Assembly (NCBI GenBank): GCA_965208905.1
Contig: OZ242365.1
Span: 512,001-576,000 of the forward strand
From: Nitrosopumilaceae archaeon
Lineage (GTDB): Archaea; Thermoproteota; Nitrososphaeria; Nitrososphaerales; Nitrosopumilaceae
Length of the DNA: 64,000 nt
Direction: 5' to 3'
The position numbers and the translations under genes are program-made. The notes under the pieces are model-generated. The model made no database searches and was not told the origin of the DNA. It saw nothing but the letters and a program-made list of their open reading frames with translations. The stretch's first letter is position 1, and each line of letters begins with the position of its first letter. This document shows, one piece after another, positions 30,038-41,233 of the stretch.

Positions 30038-30703
30038 ATGCCCATCCAAGATGCCATAAATGATCTGCAGAATGGTCGCTTTGTCATGATACATGATGCA
30101 GGTGAGCGCGAGAATGAGTACGACATGGTGATAGCTGCGCAGTTCATCAAACCCGAGCATATATCCAAGATGAGGGTTGATGCTGGAGGCCTACTATGCT
30201 TGGCCCTAGAACATAACTTTGCCATATCACTGGGACTAGAGTATATGCATCGCATACTTGAGGACTCTTCAATACCATCACAGATGATACTAGGACGGGC
30301 CAAGTATGGGGATCATCCCACATTCTCCATTGGAATAAATCACATAGATGCATACACAGGAATAACCGATATAGAGAGGGCGCACACCATACGCCAGATG
30401 TCTAGATTGTATGAAGCCGATGGTGATATGCGTTCAAAGTTTATACAGTCGTTTCAGACACCTGGCCATGTACCTCTTCTGATAGCTGCTGATGGACTGC
30501 TTTATACACGACAGGGCCACACCGAGATGTCTGTATATCTGGCTGGTATGGCAGAACTATTACCGATGGCAGCAATCTGCGAGATGATGGATTCGAAGAC
30601 GCATATGGCGTTAAAGGAGGATGAGGCGCACAAGTTTGCCCAAAAAAATTCTATAAAGATAGTCGAGTCGACTGAGTTGTTGGAGGAGCTCACAGTACAA
30701 TGA
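30038..30703 (+). CDS. ribB: 3,4-dihydroxy-2-butanone-4-phosphate synthase
   Basis: RENEYD, TGITD.ERA, PGHVP, RQGHTE, CEMM. Confidence 0.95.
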   Translation: MPIQDAINDLQNGRFVMIHDAGERENEYDMVIAAQFIKPEHISKMRVDAGGLLCLALEHNFAISLGLEYMHRILEDSSIPSQMILGRAKYGDHPTFSIGINHIDAYTGITDIERAHTIRQMSRLYEADGDMRSKFIQSFQTPGHVPLLIAADGLLYTRQGHTEMSVYLAGMAELLPMAAICEMMDSKTHMALKEDEAHKFAQKNSIKIVESTELLEELTVQ

Positions 30704-31116
30704 AGATTGCCATTGTGGTCTCTGAATTTAACTTGGAGATTACAAGTCGTATGTTAGAGGCTGCGCAGGATAGGGCGGCTGAGATTGGTCTAGATATTGT
30801 AAAAGTCTGCCATGTTCCTGGCGCCTACGATATTCCATATATGGTAAATGTGTTGTTTGGTGGAGGCCAGATAGACGGTATAGCCACACTGGGCGCAGTA
30901 ATAAAAGGAAAGACAAAGCATGATGAGATAATATCACATGTTACAGCATCAACACTACAGAGTCTGTCTATAAAGTATGACAAGCCAGTATCATTGGGGG
31001 TTACCGGGCCCGGTATGACCGAACGGCAAGCCTATGCCCGAATAAGACCGGTTGCTCGACACGCCATAGAGTCTTTGGTATATCTACATAAGGAAGCGGC
31101 AAGGGTGAGATCATGA
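30700..31116 (+). CDS. ribH: 6,7-dimethyl-8-ribityllumazine synthase
   Basis: IVVSEFN, VPGAYDIP, LGAVIKG.TKHD. Confidence 0.95.
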   Translation: MKIAIVVSEFNLEITSRMLEAAQDRAAEIGLDIVKVCHVPGAYDIPYMVNVLFGGGQIDGIATLGAVIKGKTKHDEIISHVTASTLQSLSIKYDKPVSLGVTGPGMTERQAYARIRPVARHAIESLVYLHKEAARVRS

Positions 31117-31835
31117 TGCAGGTTACAGTGGCCAACATACGCGGATACGGGCCTTGGACTTTAACACTGGGCCATGACCGGGAACACCACCTACAGATGC
31201 TACAAGCTTCGCTGTATCGCAAGACACAGCAGTTATTCTCAGAGAAGGGAGCATTGGTCTTTCCCAACAGATATGATGAATATATCATAGCGTCCAGTGG
31301 CATGGATGCTGAGGAGCACTCTAATATTTCAAATATAATATCAAACGAATTTCAGGTGAAATTGGATATGTATGTTGGTCACGGAGATACACCACAAAAA
31401 GCAGAGCAGTCTGCCCACATGCATCGCTCAGTGGATACAGCCAAAAAACATTCAGATGACATAGTAACTGTAATGCATATAGATGTGGACAACCTTACTG
31501 ATAGAACACATAGTGTCTCTCCCTATGGCATAAGCCAGATTATGCTAAAGTTACATTTAGAGATGTCAGAGTATTTTTTGGAACGGGAGTCACTCTCATT
31601 TTTTATGGGTGGAGATAATTTTATGGTGTTAGGGTCAGACCAGGGAAGAGATGCCAGTCAGGGATTTTTAGATAAGATAAAGCAAGGGATGGGAATAAAT
31701 CTAAACTGTGGGATTGGTGTAGCATCTACAGGCAGAGAGGCAGCCCGACGTGCAACAAAATCTCTTGATACAATAAGGGAGATTCGTGAATCAGGCGCAG
31801 AAGAGATACCGCGAATATATGAGGCAGATTGTTAA
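31113..31835 (+). CDS. gch3: GTP cyclohydrolase III (archaeal)
   Basis: GYGPWT.TLG.DREH.LQ, FMGGDNF. Confidence 0.9.
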   Translation: MMQVTVANIRGYGPWTLTLGHDREHHLQMLQASLYRKTQQLFSEKGALVFPNRYDEYIIASSGMDAEEHSNISNIISNEFQVKLDMYVGHGDTPQKAEQSAHMHRSVDTAKKHSDDIVTVMHIDVDNLTDRTHSVSPYGISQIMLKLHLEMSEYFLERESLSFFMGGDNFMVLGSDQGRDASQGFLDKIKQGMGINLNCGIGVASTGREAARRATKSLDTIREIRESGAEEIPRIYEADC

Positions 31836-33001
31836 TACAGAATGTATCTGCCCTTTTAGGATTAGACTTAGAGTATAAAGAATCAGTAGACATACGTATG
31901 CAAAATGGCATATTCACAGATATAGGAGAGGGTTTGGATAGTATAGGCGAGAGCACATATGATGGCCAAGGGCTCTTGGCAGTGCCGGGTTTTGTAAACT
32001 GTCATACTCACATAGGTGACTCCATAGCAAAAGACATATCATTGGGTTTGGATGTAAAGGGGGGCGTACATCCAGTTTATGGTGTAAAATCCCGGGTATT
32101 AAACAGAACAGAACCCAAGCATTTAGTACAGTTTATGCAGAATACCTGTCTATCCATGTTGGCCGGTGGAACTACTACCTTTGTTGACTTTCGAGAAGGC
32201 GGAATCTCCGGAGTACATATGGCACAAAGCGCGTGTGATGTAACTTCCATAAAGGGGATAATATTGGGTCGTACAAATAAATATCAAGATAAAAATCAGA
32301 TTAAAAATAACATAATACCAAATAATATAAAAAATGATCTAAAAAACGTTATTGTTCAAGCAGATGGTCTAGGAGTTAGTGGTGCCAATGAGAACAGTGA
32401 TGCAGTGTTAGAGTTGTACTCGGAGACCTCAAAGATTAGGGCAATTCATGCCGCCGAAACTGCAGAGAGTGTACAGGACTCTTATGATATGACAGGTAAA
32501 GGTGAGGTGGAACGGGCCTTACTAATGAAACCTCATTTTTTGGTGCATATGGTGCATGCCAGTGATACCGAGTTAAATACTGTATCTGAGGCCCGCATAG
32601 GTGTGGTGGCATGTCCTAGGTCCAATGCAGTTCTCAGTGGTACGATTCCAGATATATCTAGAATGGTGAATATGGGTTGTATAGTAGCCTTGGGCACAGA
32701 CAATATAATGGTAAATTCTCCAGACATGTTTCGAGAGATGGAGTTTGCATGGAAGACCTCCAATGGAAGACTGACTCCTCATGACACATTACGGATGGCA
32801 ACGGTCAATGGGGGGCGTGTTTTAGGTATGAAATTGGGAGCTATATCTATGGGGTATATGGCCGATCTTATATTATTTGAAAAACATCATATTAGCATGG
32901 AGCCCATGCATAATCCTTATGCGGCCTTGGTGCACAGGGCCTGTGCCGATACCATACGGGCGGTGGTTGTAGATGGTAGTGTTGTCCATGGACGTATGTA
33001 A
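31829..33001 (+). CDS. Amidohydrolase family protein (riboflavin operon)
   Basis: PGFVNCHTH, IHAAE, VH, CPRSN, LGTDN. Confidence 0.85.
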   Translation: MLIQNVSALLGLDLEYKESVDIRMQNGIFTDIGEGLDSIGESTYDGQGLLAVPGFVNCHTHIGDSIAKDISLGLDVKGGVHPVYGVKSRVLNRTEPKHLVQFMQNTCLSMLAGGTTTFVDFREGGISGVHMAQSACDVTSIKGIILGRTNKYQDKNQIKNNIIPNNIKNDLKNVIVQADGLGVSGANENSDAVLELYSETSKIRAIHAAETAESVQDSYDMTGKGEVERALLMKPHFLVHMVHASDTELNTVSEARIGVVACPRSNAVLSGTIPDISRMVNMGCIVALGTDNIMVNSPDMFREMEFAWKTSNGRLTPHDTLRMATVNGGRVLGMKLGAISMGYMADLILFEKHHISMEPMHNPYAALVHRACADTIRAVVVDGSVVHGRM

Positions 33002-33686
33002 GAGGCCGCGCATAATAATTAGCGCCGCAGTTACAATTGATGGTAGAATAGCCACCAAGGCTGGGGACTCAAAGATATCCTCAGATATAGATATGGTGCG
33101 TCTGCATAAACTACGCGCCAGTATAGATGCCATACTTGTCGGCCGAAATACAATGATGCATGATGACCCGTTACTGACTGTACGATATACAACAGGCAAG
33201 AATCCTATACGTATAATATTAGACCCGTGTGGTGAGATACCATCAAACTCACAGATTTTAACCACATCTAGTGCGGTCCCCACAATATTGGTATTAACAA
33301 ATAATGCCAGTGTAAAAGATCAGAGACGATTGGCAGATTTTAATGTAAAAATAATACACACTGGGACTGAGCGTATAAACCTAAAATGGTTGGTAACCGA
33401 ATTATTTGAAAAATACAATATTAAAACAGTTTTAGTTGAGGGCGGAGGCAGGACCAACTGGTCGTTCATAAAAGAGGATATATTCGACGAGATAATACTG
33501 ACTGTATCGCCACATATAGCTGGAGATGGAATAAATCTCATACATGGGGATGGGTTTGCGCAGATACATGAGGGTCCATCTTTGCACTTAAAATCGGCGC
33601 AGACACAAGGTGATGAGATAGTTCTGCATTATACGCGACACACTACTCCACATAGTGATGATGAATTAAATTGTCATAAAATCTGA
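32988..33686 (+). CDS. 2,5-diamino-6-ribosylamino-pyrimidinone 5'-phosphate reductase (RibD C-terminal type)
   Basis: A.TIDGRI, H.LRA..DAILVG, DDP.LT.R, LVEGGG. Confidence 0.9.
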   Translation: MDVCKRPRIIISAAVTIDGRIATKAGDSKISSDIDMVRLHKLRASIDAILVGRNTMMHDDPLLTVRYTTGKNPIRIILDPCGEIPSNSQILTTSSAVPTILVLTNNASVKDQRRLADFNVKIIHTGTERINLKWLVTELFEKYNIKTVLVEGGGRTNWSFIKEDIFDEIILTVSPHIAGDGINLIHGDGFAQIHEGPSLHLKSAQTQGDEIVLHYTRHTTPHSDDELNCHKI

Positions 33687-35034
33687 CAGATTTTATATTA
33701 ACAAACTCCATCATGCCGTGTTTGGAGAGTTCACGACCAAATCCACTATTCTTTATACCGCCAAATGGTATACGAGGGTCTGAGACTACAACATTATTTA
33801 CGCTCACTATGCCCGACTCTATGCGTCTTGACAGACGTTCGGCCTTTGCCAGATCTCTAGTCCATATACTTGCCCCCAAGCCAAACTCAGTGGAGTTTGC
33901 CATCTTTATTGCGTCTCGCTCATCATCAATTATTGCAATGGGAGCGATTGGTCCAAACGTCTCTTCGGTGTGTAGTAGCATGTCATCTTTTATGTCCGTA
34001 ATAATTGTGGGCTCATAAAAACAGCCCCGGTTGCCAATCTGCTTTCCGCCTACTAGTACATTGGCTCCCTTGGCGCGGGCATCCTCAACCATCTCAGAGA
34101 TGGTCTCTAGGCCTCCCTTGGTGGAGAGTGGTCCAATGTCTGTATCCATGGATGTGGGATCGCCCACTGTAAGACGGGATGTATTCTTTACAAACTGCTC
34201 TATGAATTCGCCAGCTATATTCTTGCCTAGAATGAATCTCTTGGAGGCTACGCAGCTCTGGCCACAGTTGATAAATCTCCCTTTGACTGCACCTTCGGCG
34301 GCATCCTCAATTATGGCGTCATCCAGTACGATAAAGGGATCGCTACCGCCCAGTTCCAGAACACACTTCTTCAACTGTCCAGTAGCCCTCCTACCCACCT
34401 TGGCACCAGCTTGAGTGCTACCGGTGAATGTAATGGCAGCGACATCAGAGTCGATTAGATGGGTGGCCGTATCTACAGAACCTGTCAGTGTTTGAAGTAC
34501 ACCATCAGGTATACCAGCCTCGGCAAATGCCTTCATAACCTCAAGACCTGATTGCAGTGTCACCCTAGATGGTTTCATCACAATGACATTTCCTGCCATC
34601 AAGCAGGGTGCTGCAAATCGTAGTGCTTGCCAGTATGGAAAGTTCCAAGGCATTATGGAGCCTACCACTCCTAGAGGTTCAAATGCCAAAAAACTCTTTC
34701 GTGCGTCTGTGTTGAGTACCTCATCGGCCAAAAAACTATCACCATGATCTGCATAATATATCATAGTTTTAGCGCATTTTTCCACCTCACCCACAGACTC
34801 TTTCATGGTCTTTCCCATCTCAGCGGTGGCTACTTTCGCTAGTTCATACTTGTGTTTTGTCAGATACTCTGCCAAATTATAGATGTATCCTTGGCGCGAT
34901 GCATAGCTGCGCCTCCATTCAGGAAACGCCCTTTTGGCACGTTTTACAGTTTCATCAGTTTGTGTTTTATCCATTATGTCATATTCAGCTATGGGTTCAT
35001 CGGTAGCTGGATTTACAGTTATGATTTGATTCAC
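33643..35034 (-). CDS. NAD(P)-dependent aldehyde dehydrogenase (succinate-semialdehyde DH-like)
   Basis: IMPWNFP, FTGST, LELGGSDP, GQSC, EETFGP, PFGG.K.SG.GRE. Confidence 0.93.
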   Translation of the reverse strand: MNQIITVNPATDEPIAEYDIMDKTQTDETVKRAKRAFPEWRRSYASRQGYIYNLAEYLTKHKYELAKVATAEMGKTMKESVGEVEKCAKTMIYYADHGDSFLADEVLNTDARKSFLAFEPLGVVGSIMPWNFPYWQALRFAAPCLMAGNVIVMKPSRVTLQSGLEVMKAFAEAGIPDGVLQTLTGSVDTATHLIDSDVAAITFTGSTQAGAKVGRRATGQLKKCVLELGGSDPFIVLDDAIIEDAAEGAVKGRFINCGQSCVASKRFILGKNIAGEFIEQFVKNTSRLTVGDPTSMDTDIGPLSTKGGLETISEMVEDARAKGANVLVGGKQIGNRGCFYEPTIITDIKDDMLLHTEETFGPIAPIAIIDDERDAIKMANSTEFGLGASIWTRDLAKAERLSRRIESGIVSVNNVVVSDPRIPFGGIKNSGFGRELSKHGMMEFVNIKSVRFYDNLIHHHYVE

Positions 35035-35492
35035 GCGCTCTTCCTCCGGCCCCTGCGAGTTCGAGTCTGTTTTTTAGTATCCAAGGATGTCTTGCTCTTG
35101 GGAGTGTTGGAGGTTGATCTCTTAATTGGCATACCAGCCATGCTCATACAGTTATGAATAGCCTGGTCTAGCGACTTCATGCCAGCCAATCGTATATCAG
35201 AGTACCACTTTAGATACTCACCATACATGTCCAACCCCATTAAAACTGCATTTGAGTATGTTCGTATATTATACTCAACAATATCTTTGGATAACTGATT
35301 CTGAGGTAGTTTATTCGTCTTTGCGAGCTCCAATGTGTGTCCTGCTTCAAAAGTGTCTTCTATAATACGCATGTACTCCCGGTAGAGATCCGAATACATC
35401 TTTACGTATAGTGGTATCTGTGTGTCAATCTTCTTCATTACACGGGCGGCATTATCCTTAACTATATCACTGGTAAGTTGTTCTTCTGACAT
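35031..35492 (-). CDS. Hypothetical protein
   Basis: 153-aa ORF overlapping the ALDH start; basic C-terminal tail. Confidence 0.65.
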   Translation of the reverse strand: MSEEQLTSDIVKDNAARVMKKIDTQIPLYVKMYSDLYREYMRIIEDTFEAGHTLELAKTNKLPQNQLSKDIVEYNIRTYSNAVLMGLDMYGEYLKWYSDIRLAGMKSLDQAIHNCMSMAGMPIKRSTSNTPKSKTSLDTKKQTRTRRGRRKSA

Positions 35493-36466
35493 ATCATAAT
35501 GTGATATTCTCCCGCTAATATATCTAGAGTCGGGTTGTTACCACAAGAGTTACAACCAAAACATAATACTACCATGCAGAGCAGTCTGCATCTGTAATGC
35601 CAGAGCAAACTATACAAATATTCCACACATCATGATGCTAAAAATTTAGATCTATTAATTATTTAATGTAATAATGATTAAATTTGTGATATATGATGAA
35701 AGATTACACCCTATGATTGTTTAAGACATTGCAGTGTGCCATCACATACCAGAGTGTAATGAACTTGATCAAAGTCCAAACATTCTGCATGATAATTTCA
35801 GTTAAAATCCATACAAAAATTATATAAACATAGTATTGTCTGGGCCTTGTTAGAATGAGACTAGTTAAAACCAAATGAATTCGCTCACAGACGAGAAAAT
35901 AAAAATAAATAATAGTTAAGATCATTTAAAAATCAGTGCATAAAACTATAATAAAAGACAGGATCCAGATCAAGGAAGAGTCACATACTAAATAATATTA
36001 TAATAATGTCTGCGCAATCATAATTGTCGCACATCAAGCAAGATACATGAAATTATCAAAGTTATCATAGGATGAACTGTGGTATTCGTATGAAATGTAG
36101 ATTTCTCCTTAAAAATAAAAGTCATAAAATCATGTGGTGGCTCAAGTATATACAGATAAAATTAAGTTGTTAAATTTGGTCACAAAATTTTAGTCATGTG
36201 TTACCAGCGTCATTTTTTACTACTTTTAGATAATTACAAGATAAAACATAGAGATAATAGCCTGTTGTTAGATGTAGACCATCATAAATTATTATGCTAC
36301 ATAGCGCACCGTAGATAATACATGAGGTGCCATAAAATGGGACCTGCAGTGTAGAGTTGAGGTTTTACGATCGAAACTTAAGAATGTCATTCATCAATGT
36401 GTACCTGCCAGAGATCCATATATGATATATTTATATATCAATACTACTTATAGTTATAATAATATC

Positions 36467-37255
36467 ATGAATGAAATAACAAACTTACGTATACACATTG
36501 CTCCAATGGGTTTTGAGGTGGATCGTATAGTAATTCCTGCAAAAGAACAGAGAGCGGACCGCCTCTGGCTTCTTACAACAGCGATGTCCAACCAAGTAGG
36601 CCCGTTTAAAGAGACAATAACAGAGCAGTTACAGGCCCACAACATAGAAGTAAAAGAGATGATACATGACAGAAGTGATCCATTTGATATTATCCGGGCA
36701 ACACGTCAGATAATACAACAAGAGGATGGCAACAATATAGCGGTAAATCTCTCGTCTGGCTCTAAGATACAGGCGGTCGGATGCATGCTTGCATGTATGA
36801 TGTTCAATCATAATCGAAATGTGAGTTCCTACTATGCTGAGCCGAAAAAGTACAGTCAGAGTGTAGATGGGCCTCTCTCGGAGGGCGTGCAACGCATAAT
36901 GACCATGCCCGGATATGATATTCAGATACCCGACAAGATGTTGGTCTCTGTATTACACATTATACAAGAGCGTGGTAGAATCAATAAAAAAGATCTGTTA
37001 AGAAAGATGCAAGACGTTGGCCTTGTAGTAATTTATGAAGAGTTAGACTCGAGTATAAAACAAGACAACAATGTGATATTGATACAGGCAAAACGTGGTG
37101 TAGAGACAGTGGCAGGGCTTACTCGTCTAAACAACAAAATCATTACACCTCTTTTGAAGTGGGGATTCATAGATGTGGAACAGGTGGGACGCAACAACTA
37201 CATCACGCTGACCAGCAAAGGAAAGAACGCCATAAAGTTTCTCCCAAAGTTATGA
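36467..37255 (+). CDS. DUF6293/HFX_2341-like CARF-fold + wHTH regulator
   Basis: RIHIAPMGFEVDRI, VNLSSGSKI, YYAEP..Y, C-terminal wHTH (GRNNYITLT.KG). Confidence 0.75.
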   Translation: MNEITNLRIHIAPMGFEVDRIVIPAKEQRADRLWLLTTAMSNQVGPFKETITEQLQAHNIEVKEMIHDRSDPFDIIRATRQIIQQEDGNNIAVNLSSGSKIQAVGCMLACMMFNHNRNVSSYYAEPKKYSQSVDGPLSEGVQRIMTMPGYDIQIPDKMLVSVLHIIQERGRINKKDLLRKMQDVGLVVIYEELDSSIKQDNNVILIQAKRGVETVAGLTRLNNKIITPLLKWGFIDVEQVGRNNYITLTSKGKNAIKFLPKL

Positions 37256-37456
37256 CTACAATCTCTCGGCGACATACCAAAGTACTATGCCAACGCCTAT
37301 AACTCCATACCATTTGAAGTTGGCCTTATGTGTAAACATGGTCGGTGAGCCCGTCTCGTTCTCATTGGCAAGGCGTATTTTTCTCATCTCAAATGCCTGT
37401 CCCACCAACCCTATCACTAAGCACGCTATACCACCAAAGCCTAGATACCAATCCAT
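37256..37456 (-). CDS. Small two-TM membrane protein
   Basis: Two hydrophobic helices, GQAFEMRKI. Confidence 0.7.
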   Translation of the reverse strand: MDWYLGFGGIACLVIGLVGQAFEMRKIRLANENETGSPTMFTHKANFKWYGVIGVGIVLWYVAERL

Positions 37457-37713
37457 GACTTGTATTGTAGTGACACTAAATTTGTATTATACGCATGGGG
37501 GCAGATACTCTGACTTTTTTATAATGTGTCATGCCTGCAACACACCTCTAGTATCGGTATAGACACCTAACATTGTACCAGCAGAGTACTTTGGGCGTGT
37601 ACCTAACAGACTACACCACATAGTACTTGTATTATACGTACAGAGGCTGTCACACTATTTGATACGTTGTAACCGCATCTTCTTTATACTACCTTTTGTA
37701 CAAACTACTGGTA

Positions 37714-37871
37714 TGATGTGTGATAATGAGTCAACCAAAGAGATCTGTTGGTTTTGTAGGAATGGTCGATGTAGTGATTGTATGGGTTCCATACCGGTGA
37801 GCGCCCCCTCAGAAGGTCCCCATGACTGCACATTCGATACCAAGATGGTAGAGTGCAAGTGTACTCATTAA
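37714..37871 (+). CDS. Small Cys-rich metal-binding protein
   Basis: CWFC...C..CM...P, C-terminal CKC.H. Confidence 0.6.
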
Positions 37872-37894
37872 AATTGCCTTGTATGCCCATCTAG

Positions 37895-38452
37895 ATGATG
37901 TATGATGTATCATACTGGGACGAATATGCTCGTTGTAATGAGTCTAGATACAGTGAGGCGTTCGCCACCACCATCTCAAATATGCTGTATGATCTGCAGT
38001 GTCATAGTGTCTTGGAGGTGGGGTGTGGTACTGGCATTGATCTATTAAAAATAAACCAAGATGTCCTGATGTGTGGTGCCGACTTGAACAGTCAGGCATT
38101 ATGCATGGCAAAAAGACTAAACCCTTTGGGTAACTTTCAAAGATGTACTGTTGAGCAACTCCCTTATGCAGACTCGTCAATTGACTTTGTCTTTAGCCAT
38201 GGACTACTAAGTTGTTTGGATGATACCATACTAGTGAGAACCATGTCTGAGATGTATCGTGTTGCCCGCCGGTACATAATGGATTGTGAGATGTTGGGTG
38301 ATGATGGAGAGGTCATTGATGGTCCGTTTTACCAGCGAAACATGCAAGCCAGGTGGCAATGTCATGGTCTCCAACCAATCAGAACCCAGACTATACCAGG
38401 GGCTGCACATCTAGTGCCGCGCACATTACAGCTTTACGGTCTTGATGAATAA
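37895..38452 (+). CDS. Class I SAM-dependent methyltransferase
   Basis: VLEVGCGTG, LPY.D.S.DFVF, EMYRV. Confidence 0.88.
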   Translation: MMYDVSYWDEYARCNESRYSEAFATTISNMLYDLQCHSVLEVGCGTGIDLLKINQDVLMCGADLNSQALCMAKRLNPLGNFQRCTVEQLPYADSSIDFVFSHGLLSCLDDTILVRTMSEMYRVARRYIMDCEMLGDDGEVIDGPFYQRNMQARWQCHGLQPIRTQTIPGAAHLVPRTLQLYGLDE

Positions 38453-38562
38453 TACGTTGGTTGACTATCAACCGATCTTAAATTAAAATAGTGATTGATC
38501 ATAAAAATATCTAAACAGTAAAATGTTATATAGACAAGTCAGCGTTGTTATAATTATGAATT

Positions 38563-41220
38563 TTGTTAAAAACCAGGTTAGGTGTAATTAGGTTGGCCCT
38601 AGCTAGTGCGATCACCAACGTAATAAAACGCAATGGTAGTACGGCCAAGTTCAATAAGAGCAAGATCTCCAATGCCATATACAAAGCCATGAACGCATGT
38701 TCAAAGCCTGACAAGCAGTTAGCCGATAGTCTAGCAGATCAGGTTATAGAGAATCTCATAAAGGGTGGATACTCTGACAAGTCCGTGCCCGGTGTCGAGA
38801 ATATACAAGATACTGTAGAGATAGTCCTCTTAGAAAACAAGCATAGCGATATAGCAAAGGCGTACATCTTGTATAGGCAAGATCGTCGAAAGATACGTAA
38901 TGAAAAGATGCACATACTCAACACAAAGACACTAGACCCGGTTGCTAGAAAATTTGATGCCAACTGTTTACGTGTACTAGCATCCCGATATCTATTTCGG
39001 GATTCGAACAGTCGTATTGTCGAGTCGCCCCAGCAGCTGTTTGAGAGAGTGGCAATACAAATTGGCATAGGGGATATGTTGTATGATCCCACGCTGTTTG
39101 ACAGGGACGGCGCACATACGCAAAATATTGAGGTTGCGCAGCAGTATCTACGAAAGCTTGACAATTTTGACAACAAGTTTCACATTGGCAAGTATTATCT
39201 AAATAAATGGCATTTTAGATCACTTATTACTCACTACATATATCTAGCTCGGAACAACAAGATGCGTGTCAAGTTTCGCGACATACTAGAGCTACTGGCA
39301 TCCAACAAGTTCGATGAGCTTGAAAACAAGATAACCAGTTATCTAGAGATAATGACATCACAGAAATACCTCCCCAACTCCCCCACCATGATGAATGCAG
39401 GGGGCCGTTTAGGTCAGCTTTCAGCATGTTTTGTTTTGGACATGAAAGATGACATGGAAGGTATAATGAAGTCCACCTCGGATGCAGCTCTCATATTCAA
39501 ATCCGGTGGTGGTGTGGGAATAAACTATTCAGATTTGCGCCATGAGGGCGACACTGTAGCCTCTACATTTGGAGTGGCATCAGGTCCTGTCTCATTCATG
39601 AATATAATCAATACAGTAACCGAGGTGGTGAAACAAGGAGGAAAGAGACGTGGCGCCAACATGGGGATTTTGGAGGTATGGCATCCAGATATAGAAAAGT
39701 TTGTGAGCAACAAGACAAAACCTGGTGTCTTGGAGAACTTTAACGTCTCAGTGGGTATATGGGAAGACTTTTGGGATGCCCTTCTTAACTCAGAGGATAA
39801 AAAGTACACACTGCGAAATCCTCGAGATCAAACTCCAGTGAAAGAGATCAACGCTCAACAACTGATAGACCAGATAGCGCTCTCGGCATGGAAGAGCGCT
39901 GAGCCTGGACTGATATTCCTTGATCAAATCAACAAGTATAATGTAATGGCCAAGGCACGCATGACACCTTTGCGAGCCACCAATCCGTGCGGCGAACAGA
40001 GTCTGTATCCCAACGAGTCCTGCAACTTGGGTTCTATAAATCTGGCAAACTTGGTCCATAAGACAGAAGATGGCACATATGAGTTCGATTGGGAAGACTA
40101 TGAGCGTATAATACGTCAGACGACTAGATTCTTAGATAATGTGGTGGATGTAAACCAATATCCTGTAGAACAGATTAACGAGGCCTCCAAGGAGTCCCGG
40201 CGTATTGGATTAGGTGTAATGGGCGTAGCAGATTTACTGTACAAGCTGCGTGTACCATATAACTCAGAGGAGGGATATGCACTACAGTCTCGTTTGGCCG
40301 AGGCTCTATCGTACTTTTCCATGGATGAGTCAGTTGAGCTGGCAAAGGAGAGAGGCGCCTTCAAGCTGTATCCAAACACAGAGTATCCTGAAGGTCGTAT
40401 CCCCATAGCTGGACATTATGAATGCGAGGATAGTATGTACGATTGGAGTTCTTTAATTAAGAATATCACAACATATGGTATAAGGAACGTACTCACGACT
40501 ACTGTAGCCCCCACAGGCACGCTGTCCATGATTGCAGATTGCTCTAATGGCATGGAACCCAACTTTGCCTTGGTGTATGAAAAGCGTGTCACTATAGGCA
40601 AGTTCATGTACGTCAACAAGATACTCAAAGAAGCCCTAGAAGAGGAGGGACTATACAATGATAGTATACTTGAGAGTATAATAAACAACTACGGCTCACT
40701 TCGAGGCATAGATGATATACCCGGGTGGATGCAGGACGTCTTTGTTACGGCCATGGACATACATTGGTCAGATCATTTAATGGCCCAGGCGGTGTGGCAG
40801 AGATGGATAAGTAATGCCATTGCAAAGACCATCAATATGCCGTATGATGTTACCGTTGAGGATGTAAAGGCGGCATATCTTTTGGCACATGAGATGGGAT
40901 TAAAAGGAATTACAGTATATAGGGATGGTTCAAGGCAGAGTCAGGTTATGAATATGGCCGATGATGATGCTAAAAAATTGTTTGAGGTGGCCCCCAGTAA
41001 ACTAATGTTAAAATTTGTCTCGGAGCATACAACAGATTCATACGCAGGACAGCGTGTCCGCGATGCGCTAGTTCCAAAGATATACAATCGTGAGACCCAC
41101 ATCAACAATGTTGAGGTGTCCGAAGAGATGCTGTGTCCTACCTGCAAGAGTCATCTGATATTTGCTGAGGGTTGTAGCATATGTGTAGAGTGTGGCTTTA
41201 GCGGTTGTACTTCCAGTTAA
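38563..41220 (+). CDS. nrdJ: Adenosylcobalamin-dependent ribonucleotide reductase (class II) with ATP cone
   Basis: VIKRNG ATP cone, PNSPT, SACF, TNPCGE, APTGT, KGITVYRDGSR, C-terminal Zn ribbon; no intein seen; start uncertain. Confidence 0.95.
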   Translation: MLKTRLGVIRLALASAITNVIKRNGSTAKFNKSKISNAIYKAMNACSKPDKQLADSLADQVIENLIKGGYSDKSVPGVENIQDTVEIVLLENKHSDIAKAYILYRQDRRKIRNEKMHILNTKTLDPVARKFDANCLRVLASRYLFRDSNSRIVESPQQLFERVAIQIGIGDMLYDPTLFDRDGAHTQNIEVAQQYLRKLDNFDNKFHIGKYYLNKWHFRSLITHYIYLARNNKMRVKFRDILELLASNKFDELENKITSYLEIMTSQKYLPNSPTMMNAGGRLGQLSACFVLDMKDDMEGIMKSTSDAALIFKSGGGVGINYSDLRHEGDTVASTFGVASGPVSFMNIINTVTEVVKQGGKRRGANMGILEVWHPDIEKFVSNKTKPGVLENFNVSVGIWEDFWDALLNSEDKKYTLRNPRDQTPVKEINAQQLIDQIALSAWKSAEPGLIFLDQINKYNVMAKARMTPLRATNPCGEQSLYPNESCNLGSINLANLVHKTEDGTYEFDWEDYERIIRQTTRFLDNVVDVNQYPVEQINEASKESRRIGLGVMGVADLLYKLRVPYNSEEGYALQSRLAEALSYFSMDESVELAKERGAFKLYPNTEYPEGRIPIAGHYECEDSMYDWSSLIKNITTYGIRNVLTTTVAPTGTLSMIADCSNGMEPNFALVYEKRVTIGKFMYVNKILKEALEEEGLYNDSILESIINNYGSLRGIDDIPGWMQDVFVTAMDIHWSDHLMAQAVWQRWISNAIAKTINMPYDVTVEDVKAAYLLAHEMGLKGITVYRDGSRQSQVMNMADDDAKKLFEVAPSKLMLKFVSEHTTDSYAGQRVRDALVPKIYNRETHINNVEVSEEMLCPTCKSHLIFAEGCSICVECGFSGCTSS

Positions 41221-41233
41221 ATTATACACTTTG

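Noticed and set aside
38563-41220. Intein in nrdJ
   Set aside because: Catalytic motifs are contiguous and there are no splice-junction motifs
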